From a virus (lineage: Duplodnaviria; Caudoviricetes), in the IMG/VR virus record IMGVR_UViG_3300037461_000313, positions 1 to 33,446 of that record: a stretch of DNA of 33,446 bases; one strand, given 5' to 3'. Made by a program: the position numbers and the translations under genes. The notes beneath the pieces were generated by a model. That model saw only the letters and a program-made list of their open reading frames with translations. It made no database searches and was not told the origin of the DNA. Position 1 is the stretch's first letter, and the number at the start of each line of letters is the position of its first letter. Positions 7,560-16,050 of the stretch are shown here, piece by piece.

Positions 7560-8704
7560 TGCTTCAATGGGGCAGTAATATTTGGTACTACAATAAAAAC
7601 ATCAAGAATATGCTCATCGGTTTTCTTAACCTATTCCCACAAATGAAGGTAAAGAAATTCGATGAAACGACAGGACTGCCCGATTCAGAAATGACCGTTC
7701 CTATCATGTTCGGTCCCATCGAAAGAAGTTCTTACGTCAACTCTAGGGGTGAGACAGTTCAACGCACGGTTCAGATGCCGATGCTTCATTTTGAATTGAT
7801 GGGGATGGAACATGATAAGACCCGTGCCTTCGCAGAGAAAACTCTACACCTGACGGGTGGACGTTCAGGGGTGGATTACGACAACCTGATGCCGATGCCG
7901 TGGAACTTCACCATCACCATGAACATCTATGCCAAGTATCAGGAAGACATCATGCAGTTGATAGAGCAGATTGTACCGATGTTCAACTACCATCGTGTCT
8001 ACTACACGAAGCATCCGATTTATCCCGAAGAGATAACTTTGTCTCATTGGGTGATGATTACTGCGCCGCCTAGTTTCGCTTTCAATTATGAATACCCAGC
8101 AGAAGCCCGTAGAGATATCCTCGCCGTTCCCGTTACATTTCAAATTGAAAGTTGGATGGTTCGTGAGGCTTACGAGGCCTACGGGATAGTCAAGGAAATC
8201 ATCACCAACTACAGAGAGTACTCGACCCATGCCGGACTCTCGCAAGTCGGCATTGTTGCCGACCCGACAATCCGTGAAGTGATTTACACGGCGAACCCGC
8301 TGTTCGTTGTGCAACTAGGACAACTGCTGACGGGTGCGCAATTCAATCACACGGGCGTAGTCGTGGACGTGGCATCGGGGTATTCGGGGGTTTCTGCCTA
8401 CTACGACAACGGCACGACTTCAGGGTGGTCAGGATATTCCAATGGCAAGGTCATTGTGAAATTTAACACGGAAAAACAGACGTTCTTGATAAAGGAACCT
8501 TTACGAGTTGGTCTTTCGTCTGCGGGTGTAACGGTCTTGTGTGAGCCTTACGACCCGTTCAAAGAGGCAGATACGGGTTGGTCAGGATACAGCCATCTCT
8601 TGTGGGCAAGCGGCACTCCTGGCACGAGCGGATATTCAGAGGCATGGACGGGCTACTCAGGATATTCGGAGTGGAAAGTTGACGGAATTTCGGGAATCCT
8701 GTAA
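7559..8704 (+). CDS. Tail sheath stabilizer/terminator, T4 gp15-like, with a C-terminal SGYSG-type extension
   Basis: YYNKNIKNMLIGFLNLF...VPIMFGP...PMLHFELMGMEHD..R...PMPWNFTITMNIYAKYQEDIMQLIEQIVPMFN matches gp15; located upstream of the sheath. Confidence 0.85.
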   Translation: MLQWGSNIWYYNKNIKNMLIGFLNLFPQMKVKKFDETTGLPDSEMTVPIMFGPIERSSYVNSRGETVQRTVQMPMLHFELMGMEHDKTRAFAEKTLHLTGGRSGVDYDNLMPMPWNFTITMNIYAKYQEDIMQLIEQIVPMFNYHRVYYTKHPIYPEEITLSHWVMITAPPSFAFNYEYPAEARRDILAVPVTFQIESWMVREAYEAYGIVKEIITNYREYSTHAGLSQVGIVADPTIREVIYTANPLFVVQLGQLLTGAQFNHTGVVVDVASGYSGVSAYYDNGTTSGWSGYSNGKVIVKFNTEKQTFLIKEPLRVGLSSAGVTVLCEPYDPFKEADTGWSGYSHLLWASGTPGTSGYSEAWTGYSGYSEWKVDGISGIL

Positions 8705-8738
8705 ATTGAAAATTATGAAGTGTAAGAAATCGAAAAAA

Positions 8739-8752
8739 CATAAATACTATTG
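8739..8752 (+). promoter_or_regulatory. Late-type promoter CATAAATA-CTATTG
   Basis: Intergenic box upstream of the sheath/tube operon, followed by SD GGAGG. Confidence 0.7.
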
Positions 8753-8765
8753 ATGGAGGAACAAG

Positions 8766-9068
8766 ATGACAGCAGAAGCAAAAGTAACAGTTGTAAATAA
8801 GAGTTCAAGTATCCAAACCGTAACCTACACGAATTGGACGGATGAAACATCCCTCGCAATTCAGATTCCTGCGGGTTGCACTTTCGTTACTTACAACTAC
8901 CATGAGCCAGACCCTGATGCTCCAGGGACAGAGATTGCCGTAACAGAGAATATTCTCAACCTCCCCATCGAAGACGGCAATCCGTTGACCAAAATTTTGA
9001 TTCAGGATTTTGGCTACGACAAAACCAAGGTATCCGTTACCTTGACAGCAGGAATTTATAGCGCATAA
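8766..9068 (+). CDS. Hypothetical beta-rich virion protein
   Basis: SD GGAGG; first gene after the promoter, before the sheath; Thr/Val-rich. Confidence 0.75.
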   Translation: MTAEAKVTVVNKSSSIQTVTYTNWTDETSLAIQIPAGCTFVTYNYHEPDPDAPGTEIAVTENILNLPIEDGNPLTKILIQDFGYDKTKVSVTLTAGIYSA

Positions 9069-9079
9069 GGAGAACCATT

Positions 9080-11791
9080 ATGGCAGAATACATCAAACCA
9101 GGTATTTACATCAACGAGTACGACAAGTCTCAGTACATCACCGAAGGTCCGACTACCATTACGGGTATTGTCGGCAGTTCTTCCAAAGGCCCAGCCAACG
9201 AAGTTGTACTGATGACCAATTATTCTGACTACGTGGCAACATTCGGTCAGGACAGCGGCTACCTCGATTTCTTCGCACGGTTCTTCTTCAAGTACGGCGG
9301 CAACAAGTTGCTCGTTGTTCGTGCAACCGACCAATTCAACTTCGCAGGCTTGACTAGCGGCATCGATTCCTACTATCAAATCGAAGATACTCTTGCATCT
9401 AGCGACACATCTCTCGACATCGAATACGTTACGGGTTCAGGCGTTCCAACAGTTTACGGTTGGCCGGAATCAGGCTTAGTGCGTTTGGACTACAACGGGG
9501 ATACAGAATACATCATCTACCGTGAAATCGATATGCCATCCGCAGGCGAAGTCATTTCGCTTCGTGGTTGCAAGCGTGGTATCAACGGCACGACCCCTAT
9601 CACCATTGGAACTTGGGGACAAGCCGTAACGATTAACGTTTCAACCGACAAATTGACAACCACAGACCCGCACGGGATGCAGAACGGTCAAAATATAAGA
9701 TTTAATGCTAGCACCAATGGTCTTTTCACAGGTACGGATTATTGGGTTATCAATAAAACCTCTTACACCTTCCAAGTAACGGCTGTCAACGGAGGCAACA
9801 TCCCACAGAACCTCACAACGGTTCTTACGATGAGTCCTTTTGGCTATACAAACTGCGTTGCTTCGGATATCGGACTAGTAGTTACTAATGGTGCTGGAAC
9901 CCATACAGGTATTTTGAGGGGATATGACAACACCAACAGGTTGTGGTACATTGACCCTACTTCTATTGCCCCTTTTGTTCCTGAAGCACTTACTATTACA
10001 ACAGGAACGGGAGCAGGAACTTGCGCCCTTGTCGGTGGCAACACCAATACGGTTAAAAAGTACCCTGAACCAACAAGATACGTCAACGTCATCTGCCCTG
10101 TTGTTTGTGGAGAGGTTAATGCCATGACCAATGGTGATGTAACAATTGAATTTGATGGTATCAAATATGGTCAGTTCATTATCGGCAAGACTATCAAGTT
10201 CGGGGATGCATTAAATTCAGAAAGAGTAGTACGCTCCATCGCTACTCCGTTTAACGAATCGCTTAGAACTCAAACAATCAATATGTTAACAGCAGTTCCA
10301 GCAGGGGCCCTTAATAATTGGGCTTGTATGCTTCTTGACCCGTTCTACGGTGGTATGGGAACTTACACACTACCGATGTACACCAACTTTGACGGATGGG
10401 ATGCTGTCAAGTATGACGAAAATGGCTACCCGATTAAGGGTGGCGGTATCACAGACCCAAGCGAACTGCCAATCTTTATGAACATCTATGCTCGTTCGTG
10501 CGGTGCTTGGGCAAATGACGAGATTCGGGTAACGGTTTACAACCATAACGATTGGGACTCGACAAGTTCTGTTCCTTATTTCAAGAACAAGGCAAATTAC
10601 GCCCCGACAACCGATGACGAATTGCTGATTATCGTTGAAAGTGTGGCTACAGGCCAAATCGAAGAGCAGTTCCTCTGCTCGTTGATTCCTACAAAGGTCG
10701 ATTTCTGGGGCAAGACGATGTTCATTACCGACCTTGTAAATGACAATTCGAAATGGATTCGTGTGTTTATGAATCCTAACTATACTTGCGTTGTGGGTGG
10801 TGGTTACAACTACGTTGATGGTTTGACAGGGGCAGTAACTTGCACCTACGTTCCGCAATCAATTGAACGTTTTTATCTCACGGGTGGAACTGATGGCCCG
10901 TCCACAAATATGGCGGGTGGTGTTTACGTGGTTCCACAAGTAAGGGAATACAAAATTTTGGCAGGCTACAATCTGTTTGCCAACACGAACGAGGTTGACA
11001 TCGACCTTATCTCGGCTGGTGGAAACCAATCACTCGCAATTCAGGCCAATATCAAGGCAATTTGCGAAACAAGAAAAGACTGCGTGGGTATCTTGAACAT
11101 TCCTTGGGGCTTGGAAGTCAGCGACATGGTTCGCTACAAGAACCTCTTGGGTAGTTCGACCTACTCGGCAATCTACGCTAACGGTTCGAAGGTTTTGGAC
11201 TCTTTCACGGGTTCGTTGGTCTCACTCCCGCCTGCAATTCAGGTAACTCCGTTGATTGTCAAGACCGACCTGATTAGAGACCCTTGGTACGCAACCGCAG
11301 GGTACAACCGTGGTATGTTGAACGAAGTTGTGGAACTTGAACAGGATATCGACAATGGCGAGTTCGAAACACTTTATGCCGCAGGCATCAATCCATGCAT
11401 CAACGATGGTTCGGGTCCAGTTGTGTTCGGTATCAAGACGATGTACACGGGTTCATCGGCCTTCAATAAACTTCCTATCCGCAGACTGATGTTGAAGATG
11501 GAGAAGGACATCAAGAACTCAATGAAGGCCTTCTTGTTTGAGCCGAACACTTTTGATACGAGATTGAGAATCGTTCGTACCGTGGAGCCTTACCTTGACT
11601 CAATCAGGGCAAGAAACGGTATCGAAGACTACAGAGTAATCTGCGACAGCACCAACAACACCAATCAGACGATTGCTCAGGGTCAAATCATCTGCGACAT
11701 TTACGTGAAGCCAGTCTTTACTGCTGAATACATCATCTTCAACTTCACGGTAACTAAGGACGAAATTTCGTCTATCATTAACAATGCATAA
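9080..11791 (+). CDS. Tail sheath protein, T4 gp18-like, with inserted domains
   Basis: PGIYINEYD.S...GIVGSSSKGPANEV; C-terminal PWYATAGYNRG, LYAAGINP, IRRL, FLFEPN...TR, DYRVICDSTNNT, IYVKPVFTAEYI. Confidence 0.96.
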   Translation: MAEYIKPGIYINEYDKSQYITEGPTTITGIVGSSSKGPANEVVLMTNYSDYVATFGQDSGYLDFFARFFFKYGGNKLLVVRATDQFNFAGLTSGIDSYYQIEDTLASSDTSLDIEYVTGSGVPTVYGWPESGLVRLDYNGDTEYIIYREIDMPSAGEVISLRGCKRGINGTTPITIGTWGQAVTINVSTDKLTTTDPHGMQNGQNIRFNASTNGLFTGTDYWVINKTSYTFQVTAVNGGNIPQNLTTVLTMSPFGYTNCVASDIGLVVTNGAGTHTGILRGYDNTNRLWYIDPTSIAPFVPEALTITTGTGAGTCALVGGNTNTVKKYPEPTRYVNVICPVVCGEVNAMTNGDVTIEFDGIKYGQFIIGKTIKFGDALNSERVVRSIATPFNESLRTQTINMLTAVPAGALNNWACMLLDPFYGGMGTYTLPMYTNFDGWDAVKYDENGYPIKGGGITDPSELPIFMNIYARSCGAWANDEIRVTVYNHNDWDSTSSVPYFKNKANYAPTTDDELLIIVESVATGQIEEQFLCSLIPTKVDFWGKTMFITDLVNDNSKWIRVFMNPNYTCVVGGGYNYVDGLTGAVTCTYVPQSIERFYLTGGTDGPSTNMAGGVYVVPQVREYKILAGYNLFANTNEVDIDLISAGGNQSLAIQANIKAICETRKDCVGILNIPWGLEVSDMVRYKNLLGSSTYSAIYANGSKVLDSFTGSLVSLPPAIQVTPLIVKTDLIRDPWYATAGYNRGMLNEVVELEQDIDNGEFETLYAAGINPCINDGSGPVVFGIKTMYTGSSAFNKLPIRRLMLKMEKDIKNSMKAFLFEPNTFDTRLRIVRTVEPYLDSIRARNGIEDYRVICDSTNNTNQTIAQGQIICDIYVKPVFTAEYIIFNFTVTKDEISSIINNA

Positions 11792-11803
11792 GGAGAGTAC
11801 AAC

Positions 11804-12346
11804 ATGGCTGATACACCTGTAATTTCACCGGGGTCGTTTTTCACAAAGACAATAGGGACGAACGGGCCGTCAACAGACTACCACCGTCAGTATTTGTTTC
11901 AGGTTATCCTGATGCCCATTCCTGGGGTTAGTGATGCCTCGCTTATCAGTTACTTCGTAGCGTCTTCGCAATCTCCTGTAGAAACCACAGGTGTTATCAA
12001 CGTGGCTTGGATGAACTCCGAAATCAAACTTGGTGGACAGACTAAGTACGCAGAATGGTCAGTTACCGTCAGAGACGATGCAACATCGCTAGCCTATAAC
12101 TACTTCAAATCATGGCGCAGACTAGTTTACGAGACCGCTTCGGGTCAGTCTAGTATTCCACGGGATTACAAATACTCTTGCGACCTTTATCTGTTAAACA
12201 ATCGTGGTGAACAGAAGAGAGGGTACAAGTTAGTCAATGCCTGGCCGGGGTCGATTGGTCAGATAACCTTGGATTACGCAACGGAAGGCATCATCACATT
12301 CCCGATTACGATGAACTATGACGAGTTTGTGCCAATCCCTCTGTAG
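11804..12346 (+). CDS. Tail tube protein, T4 gp19-like (probable major tube)
   Basis: R.YLFQV...IKLGGQTKYAEWSVTVRDD...YKLVNAWPGSIGQITLDY...F.ITMNYD; SD AAGGAG directly after the sheath. Confidence 0.9.
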   Translation: MADTPVISPGSFFTKTIGTNGPSTDYHRQYLFQVILMPIPGVSDASLISYFVASSQSPVETTGVINVAWMNSEIKLGGQTKYAEWSVTVRDDATSLAYNYFKSWRRLVYETASGQSSIPRDYKYSCDLYLLNNRGEQKRGYKLVNAWPGSIGQITLDYATEGIITFPITMNYDEFVPIPL

Positions 12347-12385
12347 TTGATAAATTTTTTGAAATGTTGTTAAGGCTGTTAAACA

Positions 12386-13036
12386 ATGGAAAGACTTTCA
12401 CCCACTAGTTTTGGTTCAATCATAGATAGCATCCAATTTCAAAAGTCTTACCTGTTCCGTATTCACCTTCCCGATGTTACTCTTAAAGAAGTTACATTGA
12501 AGCCGAATGAGGCATTTGAAATGTGTACTGCATCAACTGCCTTTCCTGTTATGCAGTCAGCAGTCCAACAAGTCCCTTTTTACAACAGCGAATTAAAAAT
12601 TCAAACTAGAGTAACCTATCAAAATTGGAGTGCTACGTTCAGATTGGATACAAATGCCTTGTCTTCCACAGGAGAAGAAAGAGAATGGAAGACGATAACG
12701 GTTCCTCTCCTAAATTTGAGTTATCAGACTTGGGTTCCGAAAGGTGGTGGCCCACAAGGAAGAAATACCTATCGGTACTTCTACAATTGGCAGTTGGCAG
12801 GGTATAATACCGAAAGTAGAACTTCAAATCTTCCAAAAGATTACAAAAAACCAATAGACTTGATTCTGTTGGATGAAATGGCAAATGAAATTCCTGAATC
12901 AAGTTTCACCTTAGAAGGTGCGTTTCCTGTTAGCGTTAGTGGAGCCAATCTCAGTTATGCCGATGATGGTATCGTAACCTACAGCGTGGAATTTGCTTTT
13001 GACAGGTTTGTTATGCCCGCTAAAAATGTAAAATGA
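12386..13036 (+). CDS. Tail tube-fold paralog 2 (gp19/gp54-like)
   Basis: YLFRI...TYQNWSATFR...FTLEGAFPVSVSGANLSY...YSVEFAFD. Confidence 0.8.
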   Translation: MERLSPTSFGSIIDSIQFQKSYLFRIHLPDVTLKEVTLKPNEAFEMCTASTAFPVMQSAVQQVPFYNSELKIQTRVTYQNWSATFRLDTNALSSTGEEREWKTITVPLLNLSYQTWVPKGGGPQGRNTYRYFYNWQLAGYNTESRTSNLPKDYKKPIDLILLDEMANEIPESSFTLEGAFPVSVSGANLSYADDGIVTYSVEFAFDRFVMPAKNVK

Positions 13037-13587
13037 GTGTACTAGATATTTTCAAAAATCAAGTCGTAGACGAGAAAATGTTGACGGTCAAGAACTTCAA
13101 CGAACTCGCCACATCGAAGGATTATTTCAGGGCTTATCTATTCTCTGTCTATTTCGTTGGTGGGGAAACTAGTTCTGAACCTTTTTATTGGATAGCCAAC
13201 ACAGCGACTCCCGTGATGGCAACAACCTCACAAGTCGTGGATTATTTACACACACAGATAAAGCAGGCTGGCAGAACGCTCCCGCAACAATGGCAAGTTA
13301 CCGTCAGAGATAATTCAACGGGCGAAGCCTTTAAGTATTTCAACACGTGGAGACTTAGCATCTATCCGAAAATTACAAAGTCTTCAGTAGATAGGTACAA
13401 AAGAATAGCCGTTGTAAAAATGATACCACCTACAGGTTCTTCTCTATATCGGGCTTATGTCCTTTATGGTGTGTGGCCTATGGAAATTTCCGCTACGCAA
13501 CTTAACTATGATGAAGATAATATTGCCACTTTTGGAGTAACTCTTTCAATGGATTACTTCGATGTAACAGGAGTGGGAGCAGAATAA
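13033..13587 (+). CDS. Tail tube-fold paralog 3
   Basis: RAYLF...IKQAGR...WQVTVRD...YVLYGVWPMEISATQLNY...IATFGVTLSMDYF. Confidence 0.8.
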   Translation: MSVLDIFKNQVVDEKMLTVKNFNELATSKDYFRAYLFSVYFVGGETSSEPFYWIANTATPVMATTSQVVDYLHTQIKQAGRTLPQQWQVTVRDNSTGEAFKYFNTWRLSIYPKITKSSVDRYKRIAVVKMIPPTGSSLYRAYVLYGVWPMEISATQLNYDEDNIATFGVTLSMDYFDVTGVGAE

Positions 13588-13588
13588 A

Positions 13589-14209
13589 ATGAGTACACTC
13601 GTACCGATGAAACCTTCAGAATTTCAGGGTGCTTTGAACAAGTATCTTGACCTCCATCGTGCTTATCTGTTCCGTATTATGATTTTTGATGGTTCCGCAA
13701 TTGGTTCGATTGCGGGGGCTGTTATCACCGAACTGCTTTCGGCATCTGCTACCCCTGTCGCTTCAACAACATCAATTGCACTAGGGTGGCAAGGAAGCAA
13801 ATCTAAAGTAGCAGGGAAGACTGATTTTCAGGATTGGAACGTAACTGTTCGTGATGATGCCATCAATGCTGCTCACACTTACTTTCAACTTTGGAGAGAC
13901 AAGGTTTACAACGTAAAAACAGGAGCAAGTTCATCACTTGGAACTAGTGGCAGTTACAAACGAACAGGCCTTATCATAATGCTCACGAACGGGCCTCTAG
14001 TCAGCGTTGAGTCGGCTGTAGGAATGAGAGGCTATATCCTTCATGGGATTTGGCCTAAAGAAGTCGGGCAAATCACTCTTGACTACTCGACAGAAGCCAT
14101 CGCAACCTTCCCCGTAACCCTTTCGATGGATTACTTTGAATCTCTCTCAGCCGCAGAAGTGGCTGTAGGTGCAGTTTCAAACGCTGTAAACACCCTAGTG
14201 GGAATTTAG
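13589..14209 (+). CDS. Tail tube-fold paralog 4
   Basis: HRAYLF...KVAGKTDFQDWNVTVRDD...YILHGIWPKEVGQITLDY...IATFPVTLSMDYF. Confidence 0.8.
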   Translation: MSTLVPMKPSEFQGALNKYLDLHRAYLFRIMIFDGSAIGSIAGAVITELLSASATPVASTTSIALGWQGSKSKVAGKTDFQDWNVTVRDDAINAAHTYFQLWRDKVYNVKTGASSSLGTSGSYKRTGLIIMLTNGPLVSVESAVGMRGYILHGIWPKEVGQITLDYSTEAIATFPVTLSMDYFESLSAAEVAVGAVSNAVNTLVGI

Positions 14210-14217
14210 AGAAAAAC

Positions 14218-14231
14218 AATAAATAATAGTG
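14218..14231 (+). promoter_or_regulatory. Late-type promoter AATAAATA-ATAGTG
   Basis: Lies within 19 nt (14213-14231) identical to the promoter region of the GIY-YIG gene at 2933-2915 (minus). Confidence 0.7.
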
Positions 14232-14311
14232 TAGGGACAGGGGATGCAACCCTTTTTAAATTGCCTACATCAATTTAGATTACCTATACTATTCATAATC
14301 TATGTAGGAGG
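14225..14311 (+). ncRNA. Putative structured leader RNA, copy A (three-way junction plus SD-sequestering pseudoknot)
   Basis: P1 14225-14235/14283-14293; P2 14239-14243/14250-14254; P3 14256-14263/14271-14278; loop CCTACAT pairs with ATGTAGG (14302-14308), which overlaps SD AGGAGG. Confidence 0.8.
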
Positions 14312-14319
14312 TTATTGGA

Positions 14320-14844
14320 ATGAGGAAGAAATATTTTACGGAAGAAGAAAGAAAAATAGTACAAAGAGAATTTAAAAGAAAATATTACCAAAATCATAAA
14401 AAAGAAATGAAATTAAAAATAAAAAAGTATGATGAAAAACATAAAGAACAAAGAAAAAAATATAATAAAAATTATCGTAAGACGCATTTAAAAGAAAGAA
14501 GAATTTATCAAAATAATAGAATACAGACAGATATTGATTTTAGACTTTCAAAAAACTTACGAAATAGATTAAGAATGGCTATTAAAAATAATCAGAGAAT
14601 GGGTTCCGCAGTCAAAGACTTAGGTTGTTCCGTTTCTGAACTCAAAACCTATTTAGAATCTAAATTTCAAAAAGGAATGACTTGGGATAATTGGAGTCGA
14701 ACAGGATGGCATATCGACCACATCATTCCTTTAGACTTTTTCAATCTTCAAAACAAAGAAGAATTCTTAAAAGCCTGTCATTACACAAATCTTCAACCTC
14801 TATGGGCTGAAGAAAATACAAGCAAGAAAAATAAATTTACATAA
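14320..14844 (+). CDS. Free-standing HNH-type endonuclease
   Basis: Basic helical N-terminus, then GMTWDNW...WHIDHIIPL...CHYTNLQPLWAEEN..KKN; AT-rich. Confidence 0.85.
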   Translation: MRKKYFTEEERKIVQREFKRKYYQNHKKEMKLKIKKYDEKHKEQRKKYNKNYRKTHLKERRIYQNNRIQTDIDFRLSKNLRNRLRMAIKNNQRMGSAVKDLGCSVSELKTYLESKFQKGMTWDNWSRTGWHIDHIIPLDFFNLQNKEEFLKACHYTNLQPLWAEENTSKKNKFT

Positions 14845-14854
14845 GGAGTAAAAA

Positions 14855-15790
14855 ATGCAAGAAACAGCCCCAAAAAATTTACAACAAATCGCAAGAGAGA
14901 AAGTAATCTCTTCACAAAATCAACCCCAAATGAATCCACCCCCAATTACCCAAAAACAAATCGAAAGTGTGGATTCTGACATGTCTCTAAATACATTACC
15001 CGATAATCATATCGTTAATGTTATTAAAGCATTAAAAACGAAACAAGAAAAGGCATACGTTTGGTTTGATTTTGAACTGCCATCCAACGGAAAGTGTGGA
15101 TATCCAAAAGATATCAAATTGAGAGAAATGACCACTTCTGATGAAAAAACATTAATTAAAGAAATGTTTAGTAGTAAAGAGAACTCCATCCTGAACGTGA
15201 TTCGCAAGTGTGCTAAGTTCGAAAGTCAGCCTACTTTTGACTTTGAGAATTTGACCACGTTCGACCAAGACTTCATCTTGGTGGAGTTGTCCGCAATCAC
15301 CTTCCCTGGCGAGAAAGACATCAACGTAACGGACGAGAACAACCACAAACTGACGATGAAGTTGAACAAGGAAGATTTGAGCCTTACTATCGCCCCGTTC
15401 GACTTGGAGTACCCCTTCAATGTGCTGTTGCCTGCATCGGGCATCTCGTGGTTCCTGAAATTCACCACGCTCAAAACCCTGAAGGAAATTGACAAGGCTA
15501 CCAAATCCTTGTCGGCTGATGTGTTGACCCGCTTGCTTGTATCCATCGCACTAGCAACTGAAAAAGTAGAGATTGGGGGGAAGCCAGTCCTGTTTGATAA
15601 CTTCTACGAAATCATCAGGTTGCTCGAAACCCTGCTACCTTCGGATTTGAAGGTGGTTATCGATTTCTACAACGACAAAACGGGTACTGCTTACGGCTAT
15701 AAACTCAGCAAGGAATATTATTGTAGCGAGTGCGGCAAGGGGGGCCAGATGGAGTTGGAACCTCTGAACTTTTTTCGGATTACAATATAA
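14855..15790 (+). CDS. Baseplate hub / tail assembly chaperone, T4 gp26-like
   Basis: FELPSNGK...IKLREMTTSDEKTL...LTTFDQDFILVEL; C-terminal CSECG and ...LNFF; upstream of the tape measure gene. Confidence 0.82.
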   Translation: MQETAPKNLQQIAREKVISSQNQPQMNPPPITQKQIESVDSDMSLNTLPDNHIVNVIKALKTKQEKAYVWFDFELPSNGKCGYPKDIKLREMTTSDEKTLIKEMFSSKENSILNVIRKCAKFESQPTFDFENLTTFDQDFILVELSAITFPGEKDINVTDENNHKLTMKLNKEDLSLTIAPFDLEYPFNVLLPASGISWFLKFTTLKTLKEIDKATKSLSADVLTRLLVSIALATEKVEIGGKPVLFDNFYEIIRLLETLLPSDLKVVIDFYNDKTGTAYGYKLSKEYYCSECGKGGQMELEPLNFFRITI

Positions 15791-15977
15791 TGCCAATTTC
15801 CTAGTCGGACGATACAGAGACCTGTTGACGGAGATATTTAACCTCTGTTATTTGGGACACGTAGGCGGGATAAACGATATCTTGGAACTGTCAATTAACG
15901 ACAGGATTATTCTGCTCGACATTCTCTACAAAACGAAAAAAACAGAGGAACCCAAGGAGCAACAACGGTTAATGTAA
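15771..15977 (+). CDS. gp51-like / GT-type chaperone extension, probably reached by a +1 frameshift
   Basis: 68-codon frame FFGLQYNANFLVGRYRDLLTEIFNLCYLGHVGGINDILELSINDRIILLDILYKTKKTEEPKEQQRLM with no usable ATG or SD; frame opens only after TGA 15765-15767 and overlaps the slippery run TTT TTT CGG. Confidence 0.7.
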   Translation, partial: FFGLQYNANFLVGRYRDLLTEIFNLCYLGHVGGINDILELSINDRIILLDILYKTKKTEEPKEQQRLM

Positions 15978-16003
15978 ATTTGATTTCACCGCTACAGCCC
16001 AAC

Positions 16004-16017
16004 AATAAATAATATTG
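16004..16017 (+). promoter_or_regulatory. Late-type promoter AATAAATA-ATATTG
   Basis: Intergenic box upstream of the tape measure gene. Confidence 0.65.
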
Positions 16018-16050
16018 AAGATTTCGTTCGTTCGATAAGGATTTTTAAAT

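Noticed and set aside
12347-12385. Terminator or attenuator after the major tube gene
   Set aside because: Only a weak AT-rich imperfect hairpin with no following U-tract.
14225-14311. Known riboswitch or ribozyme identity (purine, SAM, hammerhead, HDV/theta, HEARO/omegaRNA)
   Set aside because: Lacks the diagnostic cores (for example CUGAUGA/GAAA or the purine J2/3) and is far shorter than HEARO; the downstream proteins show no RuvC. An Rfam search is still required.
15790-15804. Canonical -1 frameshift or ATG restart after gp26
   Set aside because: That frame gives only MPIS* before a TAG.
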